In this document: piece by piece, positions 8,401 to 21,500 of the stretch
Layout of the letters: every line of letters begins with the position of its first letter
Position numbering within the stretch: the stretch's first letter is position 1
Assembly: GCA_964016885.1 (NCBI GenBank)
Contig: OZ024741.1
Location: 244,342,001 to 244,406,000, forward strand
Direction of reading: 5' to 3'
DNA length: 64,000 bases
From: Eledone cirrhosa
Taxonomy: Eukaryota
Translations under genes and position numbers: made by a program
The notes under the pieces: generated by a model
What the model was told of the DNA's origin: nothing
The model's database searches: none
What the model saw: only the letters and a program-made list of their open reading frames with translations

Positions 8401-11200
8401 CTTTTCTTGAAAATCACACCACACTCAGCAAATGTGTGTCTGCACATGTACCAGTAATTACAGATCGATCCGACCACGGGCGGTCAGCCCACGATCGAAA
8501 AGGTAACTCCGCCGGCAAATCCGCATTTTTGTGATTCGTTTCTTCGAAGCACACCATTCGCCGCCGGACTTCAGCTTCCACATTTAGCATGGGCAGCTTT
8601 TCTTGAAAATCACACCACACTCAGCAAATGTGTGTCTGCACATGTACCAGTAATTACAGATCGATCGGACCACGGGCGGCCGGCTCACGATCGAAAAGGT
8701 AACTCCGCCGGCAAATCCGCATTTTTGTGATTCGTTTCTTCGAAGCACACCATTCGCCGCCGGACTTCAGCTTCCTCATTTAGCATGGGCAGCTTTTCTT
8801 GAAAATCACACCACACTCAGCAAATGTGTGTCTGCACATGTACCAGTAATTACAGATCGATCCGACCGCGGGCGGCCTGCCCACGATCGAAAAGGTAACT
8901 CCGCAGGCAAATTCGCATTTTTGTGATTCGTTTCTTCGAAGCACACCATTCGCTGGTGGACTTCAGCTTCGTCATTTAGCATGGGCAGCTTTTCTTGAAA
9001 ATCACACCACACTCAGAAAATGTGTGTCTGCACATGTACCAGTAATTACAGATCGATCCGACCACGGGCGGTCAGCCCACGATCGAAAAGGTAACTCCGC
9101 CGGCAAATCCGCATTTTTGTGATTCGTTTCTTCGAAGCACACCATTCGCCGCCGGACTTCAGCTTCCACATTTAGCATGGGCAGCTTTTCTTGAAAATCA
9201 CACCACACTCAGCAAATGTGTGTCTGCACATGTACCAGTAATTACAGATCGATCCGACCACGGGCGGCCTGCCCACGATCGAAGAGGTAACTCCGCAGGC
9301 AAATTCGCATTTTTGTGATTCGTTTCTTCGAAGCACACCATTCGCTGGTGGACTTCAGCTTCCTCATTTAGCATGGGCAGCTTTTCTTGAAAATCACACC
9401 ACACTCAGCAAATGTGTGTCTGCACATGTACCAGTAATTACAGATCGATCGGACCACGGGCGGCCGGCTCACGATCGAAAAGGTAACTCCGCCGGCAAAT
9501 CCGCATTTTTGTGATTCGTTTCTTCGAAGCTCACCATTCGCCGCCGGACTTCAGCTTCCTCATTTAGCATGGGCAGCTTTTCTCGAAAATCACAACACAC
9601 TCAGCAAATGTGTGTCTGCACATGTACCAGTAATTACAGATCGATCCGACCTGGGGCGGCCGGCCCACGATCGAAAAGGTAACTCCGGCGGCAAATTCGC
9701 ATTTTTGTGATTCGTTTCTTTGAAGCACACCATTCGCTGGTGGACTTCAGCTTCCTCATTTAGCATGGGCAGCTTTTCTTGAAAATCACACCACACACAG
9801 CCAATGAGTGTCTGCACATGTACCAGTAATTACAGATTGATACGCCCACGGGCGGCCTGCCCACGATCGAAAAGGTAACTCCGCAGGCAAATTCGCATTT
9901 TTGTGATTCGTTTCTTCGAAGCACACCATTCGCTGGTGGACTTCAGCTTCGTCATTTAGCATGGGCAGCTTTTCTTGAAAATCACACCACACTCAGCAAA
10001 TGTGTGTCTGCACATGTACCAGTAATTACAGATCGATCCGCCCACGGGTAGCCGGCCCACGATCGAAAATGTAACTCCGCCGGCAAATCCGCATTTTTGT
10101 GATTCGTTTCTTCGAAGCACACCATTCGCCGCCGGACTTCAGCTTCCACATTTAGCATGGGCAGCTTTTCTTGAAAATCACACCACACTCAGCAAATGTG
10201 TGTCTGCACATGTACCAGTAATTACAGATCGATCCGCCCACGGGTGGCCGGCCCACGATCGAAAATGTAACTCCGCCGGCAAATCCGCATTTTTGTGATT
10301 CGTTTCTTCGAAGCACACCATTCGCCGCCGGACTTCAGCTTCCACATTTGGCATGTGCAGCTTTTCTTGAAAATCACACCACACACAGCCAATCTGTGTC
10401 TTCACATGTACCAGTAATTACAGATCGATCCGACCAAGGGCGGCCGGCCCACGATCGAAAAGGTAACTCCGCCGGCAAATCCGCATTTTTGTGATTCGTT
10501 TCTTCGAAGCACACCATTCGCTGGTGGACTTCAGCTTCCTCATTTAGCATGGGCAGCTTTTCTTGAAAATCACACCACACTCAGCAAATGTGTGTCTGCA
10601 CATGTACCAGTAATTACAGATCGATCCGACCACGGGCGGTCAGCCCACGATCGAAAAGGTAACTCCGCCGGCAAATCCGCATTTTTGTGATTCGTTTCTT
10701 CGAAGCACACCATTCGCCGCCGGACTTCAGCTTCCACATTTAGCATGGGCAGCTTTTCTTGAAAATCACACCACACTCAGCAAATGTGTGTCTGCACATG
10801 TACCAGTAATTACAGATCGATCGGACCACGGGCGGCCGGCTCACGATCGAAAAGGTAACTCCGCCGGCAAATCCGCATTTTTGTGATTCGTTTCTTCGAA
10901 GCACACCATTCGCCGCCGGACTTCAGCTTCCTCATTTAGCATGGGCAGCTTTTCTTGAAAATCACACCACACTCAGCAAATGTGTGTCTGCACATGTACC
11001 AGTAATTACAGATCGATCCGACCGCGGGCGGCCTGCCCACGATCGAAAAGGTAACTCCGCAGGCAAATTCGCATTTTTGTGATTCGTTTCTTCGAAGCAC
11101 ACCATTCGCTGGTGGACTTCAGCTTCGTCATTTAGCATGGGCAGCTTTTCTTGAAAATCACACCACACTCAGAAAATGTGTGTCTGCACATGTACCAGTA
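5479..11200 (+). repeat. Satellite higher-order region with 8-mer (1568 bp) then 11-mer (2156 bp) periods
   Basis: The GAAGAGGTAA variant monomer starts at 5479, 7047 and 9203 (offsets 1568 and 2156). The private variant TGTCTTCACA occurs only at ~8241 and ~10397 (offset 2156). Confidence 0.8.
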
Positions 11201-12534
11201 ATTACAGATCGATCCGCCCACGGGTAGCCGGCCCACGATCGAAAATGTAACTCCGCCGGCAAATCCGCATTTTTGTGATTCGTTTCTTCGAAGCACACCA
11301 TTCGCCGCCGGACTTCAGCTTCCACATTTAGCATGGGCAGCTTTTCTTGATAATCACACCACACTCAGCAAATGTGTGTCTGCACATGTACCAGTAATTA
11401 CAGATCGATCCGCCCACGGGTAGCCGGCCCACGATAGAAAATGTAACTCCGCCGGCAAATCCGCATTTTTGTGATTCGTTTCTTCGAAGCACACCATTCG
11501 CCGCCGGACTTCAGCTTCCTCATTTAGCATGGGCAGCTTTTCTTGAAAATCACACTACACTCAGCAAATGTGTGTCTGCACATGTACCAGTAATTACAGA
11601 TCGATCGGACCACGGGCGGCCGGCTCACGATCGAAAAGGTAACTCCGCCGGCAAATGCGCATTTTTGTGATTCGTTTCTTCGAAGCACACCATTCGCCGC
11701 CGGACTTCAGCTTCCTCATTTAGCATGGGCAGCTTTTCTTGAAAATCACACCACACTCCGCAAATGTGTGTCTGCACATGTACCAGTAATTACAGATCGA
11801 TCCGACCACGGGCGGCCTGCCCACGATCGAAAAGGTAACTCCGCAGGCAAATTCGCATTTTTGTGATTCGTTTCTTCGAAGCACACCATTCGTTGGTGGA
11901 CTTCAGCTTCCTCATTTACCATGGGCAGCTTTTCTTGAAAATCACACCACACTCAGCAAATGTGTGTCTGCACATGTACCAGTAATTACAGATCGATCCG
12001 ACCACGGGCGGCCGGCCCACGATCGAAAAGGTAACTCCGCCGGCAAATCCGCATTTTTGTGATTCGTTTCTTCGAAGCACACCATTCGCCGCCGGACTTC
12101 AGCTTCCACATTTAGCATGGTCAGCTTTTCTTGAAAATCACACCACACTCAGCAAATGTGTGTCTGCACATGTACCAGTAATTACAGATCGATCGGACCA
12201 CGGGCGGCCGGCTCACGATCGAAAAGGTAACTCCGCCGGCAAATCCGCATTTTTGTGATTCGTTTCTTCGAAGCACACCATTCGCCGCCGGACTTCAGCT
12301 TCCTCATTTAGCATGGGCAGCTTTTCTTGAAAATCACACCACACTCAGCAAATGTGTGTCTGCACATGTACCAGTAATTACAGATCGATCCGCCCACGGG
12401 TGGCCGGCCCACGATCGAAAATGTAACTCCGCCGGCAAATCCGCATTTTTGTGATTCGTTTCTTCGAAGCACACCATTCGCCGCCGGACTTCAGCTTCCA
12501 CATTTGACATGGGCAGCTTTTCTTGAAAATCACA

Positions 12535-15500
12535 CCACACTCAGCAAATCTGTGTCTGCACATGTACCTGTAATTACAGATCGATCCGACCATGGGCGGT
12601 CAGCCCACGATCGAAAAGGTAACTCCGCCGGCAAATCCGCATTTTTGTGATTCGTTTCTTCGAAGCACACCATTCGCCGCCGGACTTCAGCTTCCACATT
12701 TAGCATGGGCAGCTTTTCTTGAAAATCACACCACACTCAGCAAATGTGTGTCTGCACATGTACCAGTAATTACAGATCGATCCGCCCACGGGTGGCCGGC
12801 CCACGATCGAAAATGTAACTCCGCCGGCAAATCCGCATTTTTGTGATTCGTTTCTTCGAAGCACACCATTCGCCGCCGGACTTCAGCTTCCACATTTGGC
12901 ATGTGCAGCTTTTCTTGAAAATCACACCACACACAGCCAATCTGTGTCTGCACATGTACCAGTAATTACAGATCGATCCGACCAAGGGCGGCCGGCCCAC
13001 GATCGAAAAGGTAACTCCGCCGGCAAATCCGCATTTTTGTGATTCGTTTCTTCGAAGCACACCATTCGCCGCCGGACTTCAGCTTCCTCATTTAGCATGG
13101 GCAGCTTTTCTTGAAAATCACACCACACTCAGCAAATGTGTGTCTGCACATGTACCAGTAATTACAGATCGATCCGACCGCGGGCGGCCTGCCCACGATC
13201 GAAAAGGTAACTCCGCAGGCAAATTCGCATTTTTGTGATTCGTTTCTTCGAAGCACACCATTCGCTGGTGGACTTCAGCTTCGTCATTTAGCATGGGCAG
13301 CTTTTCTTGAAAATCACACCACACTCAGAAAATGTGTGTCTGCACATGTACCAGTAATTACAGATCGATCCGCCCACGGGTAGCCGGCCCACGATCGAAA
13401 ATGTAACTCCGCCGGCAAATCCGCATTTTTGTGATTCGTTTCTTCGAAGCACACCATTCGCCGCCGGACTTCAGCTTCCACATTTAGCATGGGCAGCTTT
13501 TCTTGAAAATCACACCACACTCAGCAAATGTGTGTCTGCACATGTACCAGTAATTACAGATCGATCGGACCACGGGCGGCCGGCTCACGATCGAAAAGGT
13601 AACTCCGCCGGCAAATCCGCATTTTTGTGATTCGTTTCTTCGAAGCACACCATTCGCCGCCGGACTTCAGCTTCCACATTTAGCATGGGCAGCTTTTCTT
13701 GAAAATCACACCACACTCAGCAAATGTGTGTCTGCACATGTACCAGTAATTACAGATCGATCCGCCCACGGGTAGCCGGCCCACGATAGAAAATGTAACT
13801 CCGCCGGCAAATCCGCATTTTTGTGATTCGTTTCTTCGAAGCACACCATTCGCCGCCGGACTTCAGCTTCCACATTTAGCATGGGCAGCTTTTCTTGAAA
13901 ATCACACCACACTCAGCAAATGTGTGTCTGCACATGTACCAGTAATTACAGATCGATCCGACCACGGGCGGCCTGCCCACGATCGAAGAGGTAACTCCGC
14001 AGGCAAATTCGCATTTTTGTGATTCGTTTCTTCGAAGCACACCATTCGCTGGTGGACTTCAGCTTCCTCATTTAGCATGGGCAGCTTTTCTTGAAAATCA
14101 CACCACACTCAGCAAATGTGTGTCTGCACATGTACCAGTAATTACAGATCGATCGGACCACGGGCGGCCGGCTCACGATCGAAAAGGTAACTCCGCCGGC
14201 AAATCCGCATTTTTGTGATTCGTTTCTTCGAAGCTCACCATTCGCCGCCGGACTTCAGCTTCCTCATTTAGCATGGGCAGCTTTTCTCGAAAATCACAAC
14301 ACACTCAGCAAATGTGTGTCTGCACATGTACCAGTAATTACAGATCGATCCGACCTGGGGCGGCCGGCCCACGATCGAAAAGGTAACTCCGGCGGCAAAT
14401 TCGCATTTTTGTGATTCGTTTCTTCGAAGCACACCATTCGCCGCCGGACTTCAGCTTCCACATTTGACATGGGCAGCTTTTCTTGAAAATCACACCACAC
14501 TCAGCAAATCTGTGTCTGCACATGTACCTGTAATTACAGATCGATCCGACCATGGGCGGTCAGCCCACGATCGAAAAGGTAACTCCGCCGGCAAATCCGC
14601 ATTTTTGTGATTCGTTTCTTCGAAGCACACCATTCGCCGCCGGACTTCAGCTTCCACATTTAGCATGGGCAGCTTTTCTTGAAAATCACACCACACTCAG
14701 CAAATGTGTGTCTGCACATGTACCAGTAATTACAGATCGATCCGCCCACGGGTGGCCGGCCCACGATCGAAAATGTAACTCCGCCGGCAAATCCGCATTT
14801 TTGTGATTCGTTTCTTCGAAGCACACCATTCGCCGCCGGACTTCAGCTTCCACATTTGGCATGTGCAGCTTTTCTTGAAAATCACACCACACACAGCCAA
14901 TCTGTGTCTGCACATGTACCAGTAATTACAGATCGATCCGACCAAGGGCGGCCGGCCCACGATCGAAAAGGTAACTCCGCCGGCAAATCCGCATTTTTGT
15001 GATTCGTTTCTTCGAAGCACACCATTCGCCGCCGGACTTCAGCTTCCTCATTTAGCATGGGCAGCTTTTCTTGAAAATCACACCACACTCAGCGAATGTG
15101 TGTCTGCACATGTACCAGTAATTACAGATCGATCCGACCGCGGGCGGCCTGCCCACGATCGAAAAGGTAACTCCGCAGGCAAATTCGCATTTTTGTGATT
15201 CGTTTCTTCGAAGCACACCATTCGCTGGTGGACTTCAGCTTCGTCATTTAGCATGGGCAGCTTTTCTTGAAAATCACACCACACTCAGAAAATGTGTGTC
15301 TGCACATGTACCAGTAATTACAGATCGATCCGCCCACGGGTAGCCGGCCCACGATCGAAAATGTAACTCCGCCGGCAAATCCGCATTTTTGTGATTCGTT
15401 TCTTCGAAGCACACCATTCGCCGCCGGACTTCAGCTTCCACATTTAGCATGGGCAGCTTTTCTTGAAAATCACACCACACTCAGCAAATGTGTGTCTGCA

Positions 15501-18500
15501 CATGTACCAGTAATTACAGATCGATCCGCCCACGGGTAGCCGGCCCACGATAGAAAATGTAACTCCGCCGGCAAATCCGCATTTTTGTGATTCGTTTCTT
15601 CGAAGCACACCATTCGCCGCCGGACTTCAGCTTCCACATTTAGCATGGGCAGCTTTTCTTGAAAATCACACCACACTCAGCAAATGTGTGTCTGCACATG
15701 TACCAGTAATTACAGATCGATCCGACCACGGGCGGCCTGCCCACGATCGAAGAGGTAACTCCGCAGGCAAATTCGCATTTTTGTGATTCGTTTCTTCGAA
15801 GCACGACATTCGCTGGTGGACTTCAGCTTCCTCATTTAGCATGGGCAGCTTTTCTTGAAAATCACACCACACTCAGCAAATGTGTGTCTGCACATGTACC
15901 AGTAATTACAGATCGATCGGACCACGGGCGGCCGGCTCACGATCGAAAAGGTAACTCCGCCGGCAAATCCGCATTTTTGTGATTCGTTTCTTCGAAGCTC
16001 ACCATTCGCCGCCGGACTTCAGCTTCCTCATTTAGCATGGGCAGCTTTTCTCGAAAATCACAACACACTCAGCAAATGTGTGTCTGCACATGTACCAGTA
16101 ATTACAGATCGATCCGACCTGGGGCGGCCGGCCCACGATCGAAAAGGTAACTCCGGCGGCAAATTCGCATTTTTGTGATTCGTTTCTTTGAAGCACACCA
16201 TTCGCTGGTGGACTTCAGCTTCCTCATTTAGCATGGGCAGCTTTTCTTGAAAATCACACCACACACAGCCAATGAGTGTCTGCACATGTACCAGTAATTA
16301 CAGATCGATACGACCACGGACGGCCTGCCCACGATCGAAAAGGTAACTCCGCAGGCAAATTCGCATTTTTGTGATTCGTTTCTTCGAAGCACACCATTCG
16401 CTGGTGGACTTCAGCTTCGTCATTTAGCATGGGCAGCTTTTCTTGAAAATCACACCACACTCAGCAAATGTGTGTCTGCACATGTACCAGTAATTACAGA
16501 TCGATCCGCCCCCGGGTAGCCGGCCCACGATCGAAAATGTAACTCCGCCGGCAAATCCGCATTTTTGTGATTCGTTTCTTCGAAGCACACCATTCGCCGC
16601 CGGACTTCAGCTTCCACATTTAGCATGGGCAGCTTTTCTTGAAAATCACACCACACTCAGCAAATGTGTGTCTGCACATGCACCAGTAATTACAGATCGA
16701 TCCGCCCACGGGTGGCCGGCCCACGATCGAAAATGTAACTCCGCCGGCAAATCCGCATTTTTGTGATTCGTTTCTTCGAAGCACACCATTCGCCGCCGGA
16801 CTTCAGCTTCCACATTTGGCATGTGCAGCTTTTCTTGAAAATCACACCACACACAGCCAATCGGTGTCTGCACATGTACCAGTAATTACAGATCGATCCG
16901 ACCAAGGGCGGCCGGCCCACGATCGAAAAGGTAACTCCGCCGGCAAATCCGCATTTTTGTGATTCGTTTCTTCGAAGCACACCATTCGCCGCCGGACTTC
17001 AGCTTCCTCATTTAGCATGGGCAGCTTTTCTTGAAAATCACACCACACTCAGCAAATGTGTGTCTGCACATGTACCAGTAATTACAGATCGATCCGCCCA
17101 CGGGTGGCCGGCCCACGATCGAAAATGTAACTCCGCCGGCAAATCCGCATTTTTGTGATTCGTTTCTTCGAAGCACACCATTCGCCGCCGGACTTCAGCT
17201 TCCACATTTGACATGGGCAGCTTTTCTTGAAAATCACACCACACTCAGCAAATCTGTGTCTGCACATGTACCTGTAATTACAGATCGATCCGACCATGGG
17301 CGGTCAGCCCACGATCGAAAAGGTAACTCCGCCGGCAAATCCGCATTTTTGTGATTCGTTTCTTCGAAGCACACCATTCGCCGCCGGACTTCAGCTTCCA
17401 CATTTAGCATGGGCAGCTTTTATTGAAAATCACACCACACTCAGCAAATGTGTGTCTGCACATGTACCAGTAATTACAGATCGATCCGACCACGGGCGGT
17501 CAGCCCACGATCGAAAAGGTAACTCCGCCGGCAAATCCGCATTTTTGTGATTCGTTTCTTCGAAGCACACCATTCGCCGCCGGACTTCAGCTTCCACATT
17601 TAGCATGGGCAGCTTTTCTTGAAAATCACACCACACTCAGCAAATGTGTGTCTGCACATGTACCAGTAATTACAGATCGATCGGACCACGGGCGGCCGGC
17701 TCACGATCGAAAAGGTAACTCCGCCGGCAAATCCGCATTTTTGTGATTCGTTTCTTCGAAGCACACCATTCGCCGCCGGACTTCAGCTTCCTCATTTAGC
17801 ATGGGCAGCTTTTCTTGAAAATCACACCACACTCAGCAAATGTGTGTCTGCACATGTACCAGTAATTACAGATCGATCCGACCGCGGGCGGCCTGCCCAC
17901 GATCGAAAAGGTAACTCCGCAGGCAAATTCGCATTTTTGTGATTCGTTTCTTCGAAGCACACCATTCGCTGGTGGACTTCAGCTTCGTCATTTAGCATGG
18001 GCAGCTTTTCTTGAAAATCACACCACACTCAGAAAATGTGTGTCTGCACATGTACCAGTAATTACAGATCGATCCGCCCACGGGTAGCCGGCCCACGATC
18101 GAAAATGTAACTCCGCCGGCAAATCCGCATTTTTGTGATTCGTTTCTTCGAAGCACACCATTCGCCGCCGGACTTCAGCTTCCACATTTAGCATGGGCAG
18201 CTTTTCTTGATAATCACACCACACTCAGCAAATGTGTGTCTGCACATGTACCAGTAATTACAGATCGATCCGCCCACGGGTAGCCGGCCCACGATAGAAA
18301 ATGTAACTCCGCCGGCAAATCCGCATTTTTGTGATTCGTTTCTTCGAAGCACACCATTCGCCGCCGGACTTCAGCTTCCTCATTTAGCATGGGCAGCTTT
18401 TCTTGAAAATCACACTACACTCAGCAAATGTGTGTCTGCACATGTACCAGTAATTACAGATCGATCGGACCACGGGCGGCCGGCTCACGATCGAAAAGGT

Positions 18501-21500
18501 AACTCCGCCGGCAAATCCGCATTTTTGTGATTCGTTTCTTCGAAGCACACCATTCGCCGCCGGACTTCAGCTTCCTCATTTAGCATGGGCAGCTTTTCTT
18601 GAAAATCACACCACACTCAGCAAATGTGTGTCTGCACATGTACCAGTAATTACAGATCGATCCGACCACGGGCGGCCTGCCCACGATCGAAAAGGTAACT
18701 CCGCAGGCAAATTCGCATTTTTGTGATTCGTTTCTTCGAAGCACACCATTCGCTGGTGGACTTCAGCTTTCTCATTTAGCATGGGCAGCTTTTCTTGAAA
18801 ATCACACCACACTCAGCAAATGTGTGTCTGCACATGTACCAGTAATTACAGATCGATCCGACCACGGGCGGCCGGCCCACGATCGAAAAGGTAACTCCGC
18901 CGGCAAATCCGCATTTTTGTGATTCGTTTCTTCGAAGCACACAATTCGCCGCCGGACTTCAGCTTCCACATTTAGCATGGTCAGCTTTTCTTGAAAATCA
19001 CACCACACTCAGCAAATGTGTGTCTGCACATGTACCAGTAATTACAGATCGATCGGACCACGGGCGGCCGGCTCACGATCGAAAAGGTAACTCCGCCGGC
19101 AAATCCGCATTTTTGTGATTCGTTTCTTCGAAGCACACCATTCGCCGCCGGACTTCAGCTTCCTCATTTAGCATGGGCAGATTTTCTTGAAAATCACACC
19201 ACACTCAGCAAATGTGTGTCTGCACATGTACCAGTAATTACAGATCGATCCGACCACGGGCGGCCTGCCCACGATCGAAAAGGTAACTCCGCAGGCAAAT
19301 TCGCATTTTTGTGATTCGTTTCTTCGAAGCACACCATTCGTTGGTGGACTTCAGCTTCCTCATTTACCATGGGCAGCTTTTCTTGAAAATCACACCACAC
19401 TCAGCAAATGTGTGTCTGCACATGTACCAGTAATTACAGATCGATCCGACCACGGGCGGCCGGCCCACGATCGAAAAGGTAACTCCGCCGGCAAATCCGC
19501 ATTTTTGTGATTCGTTTCTTCGAAGCACACCATTCGCCGCCGGACTTCAGCTTCCACATTTAGCATGGTCAGCTTTTCTTGAAAATCACACCACACTCAG
19601 CAAATGTGTGTCTGCACATGTACCAGTAATTACAGATCGATCGGACCACGGGCGGCCGGCTCACGATCGAAAAGGTAACTCCGCCGGCAAATCCGCATTT
19701 TTGTGATTCGTTTCTTCGAAGCACACCATTCGCCGCCGGACTTCAGCTTCCTCATTTAGCATGGGCAGCTTTTCTTGAAAATCACACCACACTCAGCAAA
19801 TGTGTGTCTGCACATGTACCAGTAATTACAGATCGATCCGCCCACGGGTGGCCGGCCCACGATCGAAAATGTAACTCCGCCGGCAAATCCGCATTTTTGT
19901 GATTCGTTTCTTCGAAGCACACCATTCGCCGCCGGACTTCAGCTTCCACATTTGACATGGGCAGCTTTTCTTGAAAATCACACCACACTCAGCAAATCTG
20001 TGTCTGCACATGTACCTGTAATTACAGATCGATCCGACCATGGGCGGTCAGCCCACGATCGAAAAGGTAACTCCGCCGGCAAATCCGCATTTTTGTGATT
20101 CGTTTCTTCGAAGCACACCATTCGCCGCCGGACTTCAGCTTCCACATTTAGCATGGGCAGCTTTTCTTGAAAATCACACCACACTCAGCAAATGTGTGTC
20201 TGCACATGTACCAGTAATTACAGATCGATCCGCCCACGGGTGGCCGGCCCACGATCGAAAATGTAACTCCGCCGGCAAATCCGCATTTTTGTGATTCGTT
20301 TCTTCGAAGCACACCATTCGCCGCCGGACTTCAGCTTCCACATTTGGCATGTGCAGCTTTTCTTGAAAATCACACCACACACAGCCAATCTGTGTCTGCA
20401 CATGTACCAGTAATTACAGATCGATCCGACCAAGGGCGGCCGGCCCACGATCGAAAAGGTAACTCCGCCGGCAAATCCGCATTTTTGTGATTCGTTTCTT
20501 CGAAGCACACCATTCGCCGCCGGACTTCAGCTTCCTCATTTAGCATGGGCAGCTTTTCTTGAAAATCACACCACACTCAGCAAATGTGTGTCTGCACATG
20601 TACCAGTAATTACAGATCGATCCGACCGCGGGCGGCCTGCCCACGATCGAAAAGGTAACTCCGCAGGCAAATTCGCATTTTTGTGATTCGTTTCTTCGAA
20701 GCACACCATTCGCTGGTGGACTTCAGCTTCGTCATTTAGCATGGGCAGCTTTTCTTGAAAATCACACCACACTCAGAAAATGTGTGTCTGCACATGTACC
20801 AGTAATTACAGATCGATCCGCCCACGGGTAGCCGGCCCACGATCGAAAATGTAACTCCGCCGGCAAATCCGCATTTTTGTGATTCGTTTCTTCGAAGCAC
20901 ACCATTCGCCGCCGGACTTCAGCTTCCACATTTAGCATGGGCAGCTTTTCTTGAAAATCACACCACACTCAGCAAATGTGTGTCTGCACATGTACCAGTA
21001 ATTACAGATCGATCGGACCACGGGCGGCCGGCTCACGATCGAAAAGGTAACTCCGCCGGCAAATCCGCATTTTTGTGATTCGTTTCTTCGAAGCACACCA
21101 TTCGCCGCCGGACTTCAGCTTCCTCATTTAGCATGGGCAGCTTTTCTTGAAAATCACACCACACTCAGCAAATGTGTGTCTGCACATGTACCAGTAATTA
21201 CAGATCGATCCGCCCACGGGTAGCCGGCCCACGATAGAAAATGTAACTCCGCCGGCAAATCCGCATTTTTGTGATTCGTTTCTTCGAAGCACACCATTCG
21301 CCGCCGGACTTCAGCTTCCACATTTAGCATGGGCAGCTTTTCTTGAAAATCACACCACACTCAGCAAATGTGTGTCTGCACATGTACCAGTAATTACAGA
21401 TCGATCCGACCACGGGCGGCCTGCCCACGATCGAAGAGGTAACTCCGCAGGCAAATTCGCATTTTTGTGATTCGTTTCTTCGAAGCACACCATTCGCTGG

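Noticed and set aside
9008-9021. Minus-strand TTTCTGAGTGT resembling the start of the Euglena spliced leader as I recall it
   Set aside because: An 11-nt match present only in a minority variant (CAGAAAATG). The rest of the leader and the donor site are absent, so it is probably chance.
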